Virus record (IMG/VR): IMGVR_UViG_3300027541_000009
Span: 220,051 to 284,050 of that record
Length of the DNA stretch: 64,000 nucleotides
Reading direction: 5' to 3' (one strand)
Under the pieces are notes generated by a model, which made no database searches, was not told where the DNA came from, and saw only the letters and a program-made list of their open reading frames with translations. The position numbers and the translations under genes are program-made. Positions within the stretch are counted from its first letter, which is position 1. Each line of letters opens with the position of its first letter. Of this stretch, positions 22,607 through 34,700 are shown in pieces.

Positions 22607-23223
22607 ATGAATGGAACTCAATTCACAAGGAAGATCTGTGGGTATATAATAAACTGTTTCTAGCACGCTCTCTGGGGCACCTATGTGGTCCTGTAGGCGC
22701 ATCTGTACCATCTCCAGACTACTATATCGTCCGACCAAGTATTAATTTACTCGGTATGGGACGATTTTCTCGTATAGAGTGGATTGATAATTCTACAGAT
22801 CATCTTCACCCAGCAGAATTTTGGTGTGAGATATTTCAAGGAGAACATATTAGTGTAGATTTCAGAGATAGAAAAGCATAATTGGTTGTCTTAGGTGATA
22901 GATATGATAATAAGTCATTGTATAAATGGAAGAAATGGACTAAAATTGACAAAGATATTGAATTTCCTTTGATTCTAAACAACTTAAAAGGTAATTATGA
23001 GTGGATTAACTGTGAATTTATTGGCAATAAACTGATTGAAGTTCATTTTAGACGCAATCCAGACTTTCGTTATGGCAATTCAGTTGCAATTCCCGTTTGG
23101 AAAGGAGAAAAAATACAAAAAATAGAAGATTTTACCTTTGTTAAAGACGAAGACTATCTAAGAGAAGGGTTTTACATCGACACCCGGGATAGCAACCCCG
23201 TAAAAAGTTCTGATTTTAACTAA
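22585..23223 (+). pseudogene. gene interrupted by an in-frame TAA (possible ATP-grasp-like protein)
   Basis: ORFs 22585..22881 and 22882..23223 share a frame and are separated only by TAA 22879-22881; YIVRP..NL.G.G, E.F.GEH.SVD and N.EFIG..LIE.H.R.N motifs span the stop. Confidence 0.6.
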
Positions 23224-23235
23224 TCAGGAGCAAAA

Positions 23236-23397
23236 ATGGACCAAAAAATGCTGAGGGAAATCGCAAACGACGATATGAATCCCAAAAAACACGATTTTTT
23301 CCACCAAAATGAAATTCATTCAAAAATTCGCAATGATGAAGACTATGATGATTGGGAATATGGAACAGAACCTCTTTATGAATCAAAAAATCGGTAA
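23236..23397 (+). CDS. small acidic hypothetical protein
   Basis: AGGAG RBS; 53 aa. Confidence 0.6.
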   Translation: MDQKMLREIANDDMNPKKHDFFHQNEIHSKIRNDEDYDDWEYGTEPLYESKNR

Positions 23398-23403
23398 TAA
23401 ATA
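23397..23403 (+). promoter_or_regulatory. T4-type late promoter
   Basis: ATAAATA before gp25; others at 37848, 47420, 49701, 51187. Confidence 0.7.
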
Positions 23404-23422
23404 AGATAGAATTATAACTAAA

Positions 23423-23824
23423 ATGCCTTTAGAAAGGGTAAGTAAAGGATTTAAAGACATTAGTATGTCATTTCAGAGCAATCCTCTGACTAATGACTTG
23501 ATTGCTATTAACAATGCAAATGCGATTGCTCGTTCCATTCGAAATATTGTCTTTACTTACCCTGGTGAAAAATTTTTTAATGAAGGTTTTGGTTCCAAAA
23601 TTAATCGCTCTCTCTTTGAAAACCTAGATCAACTGACAGCTGAAAACATTAAGGATGAAATAGAGTATTCTATTTCAAACTATGAACCAAGAGTTTCTTT
23701 AAATCAAGTGGTCGTAATTCCAGATTATGATAACAATTCATTTGACGTATTAATTTCTTATAGAATTGTCGGTATTGATGTTACACCTCAACAGTTACAG
23801 TTTGTTTTGCAACCTATTAGGTAA
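23423..23824 (+). CDS. gp25: baseplate wedge subunit gp25
   Basis: SIRNIV.T.PGE..F...FGS.I...LFE, NYEPRV. Confidence 0.9.
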   Translation: MPLERVSKGFKDISMSFQSNPLTNDLIAINNANAIARSIRNIVFTYPGEKFFNEGFGSKINRSLFENLDQLTAENIKDEIEYSISNYEPRVSLNQVVVIPDYDNNSFDVLISYRIVGIDVTPQQLQFVLQPIR

Positions 23825-25756
23825 ATGCCATTAACAAATTTTTCAAATCTGGATTTTAACCAGATAAAAGCTTCTTTAAGAGACTATTTAAAAGCAAACT
23901 CAAATTTCACCGACTATGATTTTGAGGGATCTAATTTATCGTCTATACTTGATGTTTTAGCATATAACACATATATTACCTCATATAACGCAAACATGGT
24001 TGCGAATGAGGTTTTTATTGATAGTGCTACTCTTAGAGAGAATGTTGTTGCCCTCGCTAGGAATATTGGATATGTTCCTAGGTCAAGAAAAGCAGCAAGA
24101 GCTACGGTAAGCTTTTTTATTGATACCTCAAATATCACTCCTGTTCCAGCATCAATAACTCTAAAAAAAGGAATTGTAGCAACATCATCAAGTTCTTTTG
24201 GAAATCAATCATTTGTTTTTTCAATATTAGATGATGTGACTGTACCAGTAATTAATAAAGTAGCAACATTTAATGATTTAAAAATATATGAGGGTGTACT
24301 GCTAACAACATCTTTTACTTATTCTTCGAGAAATCCAAATCAAAGATTTATATTACCCAATCCTGGCGTAGATACTTCTTTAATCTCAGTATCAGTAAAA
24401 GATGACCAGAATTCAACCTCTTTGGTCAATTATTCTTTACAAAATAGTGTCTTTGATGTAGATAAGGATTCTACTGTCTATTATATCCAAGAAATTGAAG
24501 ACGAAAGATATGAATTGCTTTTTGGTGATGGTATTTTATATGGCAAAAAACTTGAGAATGATAATTTTATAGAAGTTAATTATATTGTATCAAATGGTGA
24601 TAGTGGAAATGGAGTAAATCAATTTGCTTTTTCCGGAAGATTAACATATACCAGAAATTCTGTAGAGTATACAGTAAACTCAGGAATTTCTTTGTTGGCA
24701 ACTGGGTTAATTTCTTCTGGTGGAGAAAACATAGAAACTGTAGAATCTATTAAAAAATATTCAACAAGAATATATGCTTCCCAGAATAGAGCGTTGACTG
24801 CTAGTGATTATGAATCATTAATACCTTCAAAGATTTATCCAGAAACGGAATCAATATCAGTTTTTGGTGGAGAAGAGTTGATTCCTCCCCAATATGGAAA
24901 AGTTTTCATAAGTATTAAACCAAGGACTGGAGATTTTATTCCCAATTTAATAAAAGAAAATATTAAAAGAGATTTAAAGAAATACGCAGTGGCAGGAATT
25001 GTTCCTGAAATTTTAGATCTTAAGTATCTCTATATTGAGGTAGATTCTAAAATTTATTATAATACAAATTCCGCACAAGGATCTGATTATGTTTCGAGTA
25101 TTGTTCAGTCAAATACCAATAAATATGCAGAATCAACCGAATTGAATAAGTATGGAGCAAGATTTAAATACAGTAAATTTCTTAAGATAATAGATGATAG
25201 TCATCCAGCAATAACATCAAACATCACTAAGATTCAAATGAGAAGGGATTTAAGAGTAGTCTTAAATTCTATAGCAGAATATCAGATTGGATTCGGCAAT
25301 GCATTCCATATTAAGAGTATGAATGGATACAATGTGAAATCTACAGCATTTACTATTTCCGGAATACAAGGTTCTGTTTACTTATCGGACATCCCAGATA
25401 CTAATGGAAATACTGGAAGCATGTTCCTTTTTACTGTACCAAGTGTTAATTCCAATGATGCAACTATAGTAAGAAGAAATGTTGGTAGAATTGATTATGT
25501 CAAAGGAATAATTACACTCAATCCAATAAATGTTTTATCTACCGATAAAGTAAAAGATGGACAATCAATCATTGAAATTTCAACTATTCCAAAATCAAAT
25601 GATGTTATCGGATTACAGGATTTATATTTGCAGCTAGATATTAATAACAGTATATTTGAAATGATTACTGATCAAATATCATCAGGACTTGATCCATCTG
25701 CATCAAATTACATAGTAACTTCAAGCTACAGTAACGGGAATTTAGTAAGACAATAA
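23825..25756 (+). CDS. gp6: baseplate wedge subunit gp6
   Basis: LDFNQIK..L..YL, DYDFEGSNLS.ILD.LAY, SQNRA.T..DY, PPQYGKV.I. Confidence 0.92.
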   Translation: MPLTNFSNLDFNQIKASLRDYLKANSNFTDYDFEGSNLSSILDVLAYNTYITSYNANMVANEVFIDSATLRENVVALARNIGYVPRSRKAARATVSFFIDTSNITPVPASITLKKGIVATSSSSFGNQSFVFSILDDVTVPVINKVATFNDLKIYEGVLLTTSFTYSSRNPNQRFILPNPGVDTSLISVSVKDDQNSTSLVNYSLQNSVFDVDKDSTVYYIQEIEDERYELLFGDGILYGKKLENDNFIEVNYIVSNGDSGNGVNQFAFSGRLTYTRNSVEYTVNSGISLLATGLISSGGENIETVESIKKYSTRIYASQNRALTASDYESLIPSKIYPETESISVFGGEELIPPQYGKVFISIKPRTGDFIPNLIKENIKRDLKKYAVAGIVPEILDLKYLYIEVDSKIYYNTNSAQGSDYVSSIVQSNTNKYAESTELNKYGARFKYSKFLKIIDDSHPAITSNITKIQMRRDLRVVLNSIAEYQIGFGNAFHIKSMNGYNVKSTAFTISGIQGSVYLSDIPDTNGNTGSMFLFTVPSVNSNDATIVRRNVGRIDYVKGIITLNPINVLSTDKVKDGQSIIEISTIPKSNDVIGLQDLYLQLDINNSIFEMITDQISSGLDPSASNYIVTSSYSNGNLVRQ

Positions 25757-25757
25757 A

Positions 25758-28700
25758 ATGACAAAGAAAAGAGTAAAATTTAATACCATTTTAGAAAGAC
25801 AGCTACCTTCTTATGTAAGGGAAGAATTTCCTTTAGTTGCTGAATTTTTAAAACAATATTATCTTTCTCAGGAATTTACTGGAGCTCCTTATGATTTGAT
25901 ACAAAATATTGATCAATATATTAAATTAGATGAAATTAAGAGCAATACAGACTTTGCGATTCTTTCAAATGATATTTCATTTGATGATGATGTTATTACG
26001 GTCTCCTCAGAATCTGGAACTATTGGTTTTCCAGATTCCTATGGTTTGATTAAAATTGATGATGAAATTATAACCTACGAATATAAAACTTCAAATTCTT
26101 TTGTTAATTGTATCAGAGGTTTTAGTGGAATTTCTTCTTACTCAAATGTTGGAATAAGCACAAGTAGAACTAATTCTCTATCGGATTTATCTGATCAACT
26201 CGTATTCGAATCAACAGAATCTAAAGAGCATTTATCTGGTTCAAAAATAACTAATTTAAGTTCGTTATTTTTAAAAGAGTTTTTAAAAAAGATAAAGTAT
26301 CAATTAATTCCCGGATTTGAAGGGAGGGAATTATATAGTAATTTAGACCAATATCTATTTCTAAAACAATCAAAGGATTTTTATTCCTCAAAGGGAACAG
26401 ATATTTCATATAAGATTCTATTTAAAGTTTTATATGGAGAAGATGTTGATATTGTAAAACCACAAAATAGTCTAATTAGACCATCAAATGCTGGATTTAA
26501 TGTCATCAATGCTTTAGTTGTAGAATCTATAGAAGGAGACCCATATAATTTAAGAAACTCTACTTTATTTCAAGATGAGTATGGCGATATAACCAAATGT
26601 TATGCTTCAATATCTGATGTAGAAAAAATTTATTCTACGGAAGGAAAAGAGTATTATAGATTGGGATTTGATGGTGGGTATAATAGAGATATTGGTGTAA
26701 GTGGAGCACTATATGGAAACTTTTCCATACATCCCAAGACAAGAATAATAGGTGACGTAAATCCAGATGTATCAACAATTGATGTAGATTCTACAGTTGG
26801 ATTCCCCTCTAGTGGTGATTTATTTGTAACTTATGAAGATGGTACAACAGGCGTAGTTTCATATGCATCAAAAAGTCTGACTCAGTTTTTTGGATGTGTA
26901 AATATAACTAAAAAAATATTCGATGCTTCTGATATTTCTTTAAATGTATTTGCATACGGATCCTCAAGTCAATCGGATAGTAATGAGACTATAAAAGTTA
27001 GAATTAATTCGGTACTAAATGAGGTGTCTCTTGTTGATGATGAAGCAGTTTATTATCAAATTTCGGGTGATAATGCAATAATTAGAACTTTAGGTGCTGA
27101 TTCTATAGATCCAATTTCAAATAGTTGGATTTTTAACATCCAAACTACATACGAAGTTAAAGAAATATCCGTATTCAATTCTTCATCAAAAATTTATAGT
27201 GTAAAAACAAGCGATAAACACAATTTTGCAACTGGAGACTCGGTTAATTTAATTTCAAATAATGGTTCTAAAACTGTATTGTCCATTATTGGAGTTGTTT
27301 CAGATACTGAGGTTTATATTGGAAGTAATATTGCTGTTCCGACAAATTTCAAATATACTATAGAGAAAGTACTGACTAAAGTTAGACATACTCTATACAA
27401 CGAACTATCAAATCAAAATGCAAATGTTCAAAATATTTACAAAATAAAAGAAAAAACTTTAGTTGCGTCTCCATCATTACCATTTTATAATGGACAGTCT
27501 CTCAATGCTTCTGATAGATCTTTATATATTAGTGGTACTTTTCCTGCCGGAGATACTTTTAGGATAACAAATCAAAAAGATCATGGATTCTATACGGGAG
27601 ATTGTATTTACTACGAATCTTCGGGAGAAACTAGTGATATTCCAAGATCATTATTTGATAGTGGAGTTTATTATATAAAAAGAGTAGATGCAAATAATGT
27701 ACAATTTGCCAAAAGTAGTTCAGATATTCAGAATTCCAAATTCTTAAAAACAGAAGAAAACATAAATGTAGCATCTGATAAAATTATTCTCCAACAATTC
27801 AAATCAAAATCATTAATATCACAAAAATTACTTAGAGAAATTTCTTTACCATATAATGATGGGAAGAATTATGAAACTTTTCCCGGACCTACCGGAATTC
27901 TTATTAACGGAACAGAAATATTAAATTATAAATCTAAAGATATAATTTATTATGGACCCGTAGAAAGTATTGATGTTTCTTCAGGAGGTTCTGAATATGA
28001 TGTTATTAGTCCTCCTGTTTTAGATATAACTGATTCTATTGGAATTGGTGCTACTGGATATTGCGCCGTTTCTGGTGGTTTATTTGAAATTAGATTATTA
28101 GATCCCGGTTTTGATTATGTTTCAAAACCAACAATAAGAATTACTGGGGGAAATGGAGTTGGAGCTGTAGCAGATGTATCAACTAAATTTATAGATCATG
28201 AAGTATTTTTCAATTCTGAGCAAAAGTTTAATGAAGTTAATATAATTAACAACTCCATTGGTTTTTCTACTTATCATAAATTTAGAAATGCAGAAAAAAT
28301 AACATATTATACAAATAATCAAAAAGGAGTTGGTGGAATTTCGACAAATGCGGAGTATTATGCCCGCGTTGTTGACTTAAAGACTTTAACAATCCATAAT
28401 AGTGCCGAAGATGCTCTTGTTGGGATTAATACCGTTTCTTTAACCACATATGGTATAGGTAATCATTCATTCAAATGCATCAATAAAAAACAAGTTATTT
28501 CTACCATTAATGTTCTAAACCCAGGATTTGGATATCAAAATAAAATAAGAACTACCTCACCTTCGGGGATTAATACATCAACTAATAGTATTAATATAAA
28601 TGAACACGATTTTAATTCTGGAGAAATAGTCAGATATACTAGCAGTGGAACAGCAATAGGTGGATTAACTAAAAACTCTGATTATTATTTGACTAAGATC

Positions 28701-31700
28701 GACGACAATAATTTTAAGCTATCAATTGTTGGGGTAAGTTCATCCAATCAAGATTTTTATTATACAACAAATCAATATGTAGATTTAACCTCTAGAGGAA
28801 CTGGAGTACACTACTTTAACTATCAACCAATTTCTGTTGAAGTTGTGGGAGAAATTGGGGTTTCAACATCTGCCGGTGTGGATTTTGCGGCAAAAATTCA
28901 ACCAGTTTTTAGGGGAGAAATAACATCTTTCCATTTACAAAATGGAGGAAGATCATATGGAACACCTGAAGTATTGAATTACCTCAGAGAACCACTTTTG
29001 ATTTTAAGACAAGGAAAAAGTTCAGAAATAGTACCAATTATCAATAATGGAAGAATAGTAGAAGTTTTAGTTAATAATTCTGGTTATGATTATAATAATG
29101 CACCAACTATCAACATATCTGGAGATGGATTAGGCGCTGTTTTGGTGCCAATTGTTGAAAATGGTCAAATTAAACAAGTAAAAATAATAAATGGAGGAAT
29201 TGGATATTCTCAAAAAAATACTTTTATTACAGTCCAAGATTCTGGTTCTGGGGCAACATTTAAATCAAAATTAAAATCATGGAATATAAATTTAGTGAGT
29301 AGGAATTTTAGCAATACAACTCCAGATGATGGATTCGTATTTTATAATTCATACACTAAAGGTGGTCTTCAGTACTCTCATTTATATGCACCAAGAAAAC
29401 TTAGAGAATCAATATATTCTGTAGATCCTACAGGAAGACCATCTTATGGAAATTTTGATTTAAGTAGAGTAGGAGGAAGTGAAGTATCTTCGACTAAACA
29501 TTCTCCGATAATTGGTTGGGCATATGATGGGAATCCAATCTATGGTCCATATGGATACGCTAAAAAGGACGCTTCCGGTGGCGGTTCAATAACACAGATG
29601 AAATCTGGGTATAAACTTGCACCAGTATCAAGTGATAGACCATCTGAAAAAATATACCCATTAGGGTTTTTTGTAGAAGATTACAAATATTATACTCGAC
29701 TAAATCAAGATGATAGTGTTTTGGATGAGCATAATGGTAGATTTTGTGTTACTCCAGAATTTCCCAATGGAGTATACGCTTATTTTTGCACAATAGCAGC
29801 GACAACTACCAGAACATCTTCAAGTCCATTTCGAAATTACAGGATACCCGTATTTCCATATCTTATTGGAAATACTTTCAAGTCACGTCCAAATGAATTC
29901 AATTTTAAAGCCTCTTCAAATCAAGATGATATTGACTTAAACAAAACTGATTGGATTAGGTATACAAAAAATTATAACTTACTTGGAGAAAAATCTTACT
30001 ACAAGTACTTAGATCTTCCAAATAGACTAAATCAAACATCTACTATAAAGTATGCATCTCCCGGAAATATACAAACAGTTGGTATATTGACTGGAGGTAA
30101 TAACTATAGTATAAATGATTTATTAGTTTCTGATGAAACAGATACTAGAGGATATGGATTTTCTGCAAGAGTTTCTAAACTAAAAGGAAAGGAAGTAGAA
30201 ACTATTAGCGTTGATAACATTGTTTCTTATAATGTAGAAATATATCCAGATTCTGGGAGGGTGAATAGTTTTAATATTTTAGCAGAGAATCCGCATGAAT
30301 TTAATACCGGTGATATTGTCACTATTTCAGGTCTCACCACTTCTTTGACAATATTCAACGAATTGTATTCTGCAGAAGTTCCAAGGAAAAACACTCTTTC
30401 TTTAATTAATACAGTTGGTCTTGGTACAACTGGAGCAACAGGTATAGTAACCTTTATTTCTGTTGGAGGAAACTTATCAAATATTCGTGAAAATGACATT
30501 TTCACGATAGGAACAGAAAAGGTTAAAGTTTTAAATGTAGATAAAAATTCATCGAGATTAAAAATCCTTAGGGCAGTCAATAACACTGTTGGTTCGTCTC
30601 ACAGTTATTCTGATATTTTATATGAAAATTCAAGAAGATTGGTAATAAGTGATAGACTGACTAATCCTTTTAATTATTCATCAAATAGACAAATATATTT
30701 TAATCCTAGGGAATCTATTGGTGTCGGAACAGCGGTGGGAATAGGAACTACTATTTTTATTTCAAATCCGGGAGCAGGAGTTAGTTATGTTACGGTTCCA
30801 AGTAGATTAATTTACCTCCCAGATCATAAATTAGAAACTGGCGATCAGTTGATTTATGACTCAAATGGAGGAGATCCTATTGCAATTTCCACAAATGGTG
30901 AAGGAATTGGAGCAAATCTTGCGGATGGATCCTTAATTTATGCAACAAATGTATCTCCGAATTTTATAGGAATTTCTACAGTAAAAGTTGGAATTGGTTC
31001 AACAGGAACTATTGTTGGTATTGCATCAACACAAAGAAATCAGAGTATTCTTTACTTTACTTCTTTTGGAAGCGGTACTTATCATAGTTTTAAAACTAAT
31101 TACAATTCATTGAGGGGGAATATTTCAAAGAATAAAACGATTGTTTCTACAGCAACAACTCATGGATTGTCTGATGGAGACATTGTTTTTGTTGATGTTA
31201 ATCCTTCAATATCAACATCATTCGTAGTAGCATATAGTGATTATAATAGAAAATTAGTAATTAATCCAAAATCATTTTCTCCAGTTGGTGTTAACACTTT
31301 AACTAATTCTATAACCATTGAAAACCATGGATTTACCACTGGTCAACAAGTAATCCAAACTTCTCCTTCTAAAGTATTGAAAAATGAAAAAGATTATTAT
31401 GTTATTGTCATTGATAAGGATACTATAAAGTTGTCCGATAATTATTATAATTCTATTCAATACGATCCTGTCGTCGTTGGATTGTCCTCACAATTCGGTG
31501 GAACTTTATCTTTGGTAAATCCTCCAATAAAATTATATAAGAATAGCACAGTATTTTTTGATGTATCAGATTCATCTTTATCATATACAAATTCTTCCCA
31601 AACTAAGTTTCCAGCGTTTAATTTTAATTTTTATACTAATTCTTCATTTGAAGAACTATTTGAATCGTCTAAAAATAGTAATTTCTTCAATATAAAAAGA

Positions 31701-34700
31701 GTTGGTACAGTTGGAATAAGTTCAAATGCGAGAATTTCATTAACTATAACTGATGATATTCCTAATAAACTTTACTACAGACTAGACCCTATTACTGCTT
31801 TCAACTTACCAAGTGTTAAATCCGAGATTTCAATAGATTCTTCAGTTTCTTCCCATAATGAAATTAGTATTGAAGATAGTCTTTATAATGGAAAATATTC
31901 TATTGTTTCAACTTCAGGAACAACTTTTACTTACAGCTTAAGAAAAAAACCAGAATCTAATTTTTACGATAAAACTCAAGCAATTATAAATTATCAAACC
32001 ACTTCCAAAAATACAAAGGGATCTATCTCGGAAGTTGAAGTTGTATCAAATGGTCAAAATTATTATAATCTTCCAAAATTTTCCAAAATTTCATCTGGAA
32101 TTGGATCTGGAGCAATATTAGATTACAATAGTAAAAATATTGGTAAAATTAAAAAAATAAAAATAAATGATATTGGATTTAATTATCCATCAGATTTTAC
32201 TTTAAAACCAAATTTATCTTTACCACAAATTGCTAAAATTGAATTATTATCATCATTTGAATCAATACAAATACTTTCTTTGGGTAACGGATATAATCAT
32301 CCACCAAAATTAGTAGTTTTAGATGGAGTTACAAAAAATATAGTTCCTGAAGTTGATTTAGAATATTCTTTTGGTGATAGTTTTGTTACTATTTTAAAAA
32401 ATACTTATGGTATTAATAATGTTGAACCAATTATAATTCCAACACAAAATTCAAATGGAGTTGGAATATCTTCATTGGTCTATGATTTAACAAAAAATAG
32501 TGTTACTGCCACTTTATCAGTAGGATTCAGTACAGCAGATAGTTTCCCATTTGCTGTTAATGATAAAATTATGGTAGAAAATGTCAGTGTGGGTATTAAT
32601 TCTACGGGTAGAGGATTCAATTCTAAGAATTATAATTATAAACTTTTCACAATTACTGCAGTTTCTGAGAATCTTGGAGGAATTGGAATTGTAACTTATA
32701 CGATGAATAATGTTTTACAACCTGGAGAAACTCCAGGTGTATACAATTCCACAAATTCTTCCGCCAGAATTATTCCTGAGAAATATTTTCCTAAATTTAA
32801 AACAATTTTTAAGAAGAATAATTATCTAAAAGATGAAAAGATAAGATATTTGGGGGATGCTAAAACTGTCGGTGAAGTTGAGGGGTGGAATTCTCAAGTA
32901 AATCAACTAAGAATTTCTTCAAGAGAAAGAATAGAATCTGGTAAAATTATACAAGGGGATACCTCAAAAACACAAGGATTAATTTCTTCAGTTATTTCTG
33001 GAGATGCGTTTATTAATTTGGCACCATATTCTAAGGTTGAAGATGGTTGGGAAACTCAAATAGGATTTTTAAGCAATAACTTACAAAGAATTCAAGATAG
33101 TTTCTACTATCAGAATTTTTCATATTCATTAAAATCTAAAGTTCCATATGATACCTGGGAAGACGCAGTTGGATCATTAAATCATACATTAGGATTTAGA
33201 AAATTTGGCGATTATCAATGCGAACCCTCTTTAGATGAAGTTAAGAATAATCAGATTAATATTAGTCCAATAAGCTATGTCGATACTTTTACAGATATTG
33301 TCGGAGTTGCTGATTTAAATTGTTTTTATGACTTTGATTTGGCTAGAGAAAACGTACTTATTGATGACTCTTATCCATTTTCAGATCAAATTTATTTTTC
33401 CAGCAGAGTTCTTACGGATTATTATGAGTCACTGAATAACAGAGTATTGTCAATTGATGATTTTAGTGGTTCTTTCTATAATTTACCAAGATTCTCTAGA
33501 TATGTCGTTCTGGACACTATTGATACTAATCAAATTCAATCACAGAAGTATATAACTTTTGTAAAAGATAGAAGATATGTTGGGCAGAGGCAATTAATGC
33601 TTGTTTCTGTTGTTTATGATGAAAAAGATGCATATTTAAATCAATATGGTAGAGTAGAAAGCGTCTATGATTTGGGTTCATTTGATTTTAAGAAAGAAGA
33701 TAATCAAGGTTCTCTTCTTTTCTATCCAAATAGATCGCTTTGGAATGATTATGATGTATCAGTCTTATCTTATAATATAAAAGATGCTTTTGTTGGTATT
33801 GCAAGTACAAGTTTTGGTAATGTTGTTTATATAGATTCAAAAGTCAATCAAGTTTCTTCTGGAACAACAAGCGTAATTGGAATAGGAACAACATTTACTT
33901 CAGTGAAGGCAATAATAGAAATTTCTGCAGATAATGGGCAGCGCCAATTTGAAGAAATTACTGCTATTCACAATGGGACAAATATTGAATTTATTAATTA
34001 TGGACAGTTGGTAACAAATTCTTCAGACAACAATCCATTATTATCTTTGGGAGAGTTTGATGCATATCTTGCAAATTCAAAAATAAATGTCGATTTTATT
34101 GCAACTCCCGGAATAGCTGTTACTATCAACTCTATTCAAATTTCTATTGCAAATACTGAATCATCTGGCATAGGAACCTACTATCTAAGACATTCTACAA
34201 TTGAAGGGAGATCAACATCTATTGCATCATCCCCAACCCCAACAGCAAATGTAATTTCAGAATATTCGAGTTTACATAACGGGGCATATTTTATTGTTCA
34301 AATTTCAGATACTACAAATAATATTCATCAAATATCTGAGGTTATTGTAATTAACGATTCAGATAATTCTTATATCAGCGAATTTGCTATTTTGCAAGCA
34401 GCAAATGAAACAGGAATTGGAACTATAACTTCTAATAAAACTCCAAATTCTACTCAACTTTTATTCACTCCCATTGCAAATATAAACGCAGAGGTAAAAG
34501 TTTATTCAAATGCAATGAGAGATTATAGAGATGCTAGTAAACCATTGAACTTCAATGATTCTACAATAACTAACCAATCTGCAGTTTATCTCGGAGCTGC
34601 AGTTGATGTTAAGAGAACATTTGATTTAAATCATCAAGGAGAACCAATTTTTGAAAGATATTTTGATGGAAGTTCTCCTGCAATTGTTGATATAGATAGA

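Noticed and set aside
22879-22881. Stop-codon reassignment in this phage
   Set aside because: TAA and TGA terminate many clear genes, the large structural ORFs are intact in the standard code, and only one such interruption was seen.
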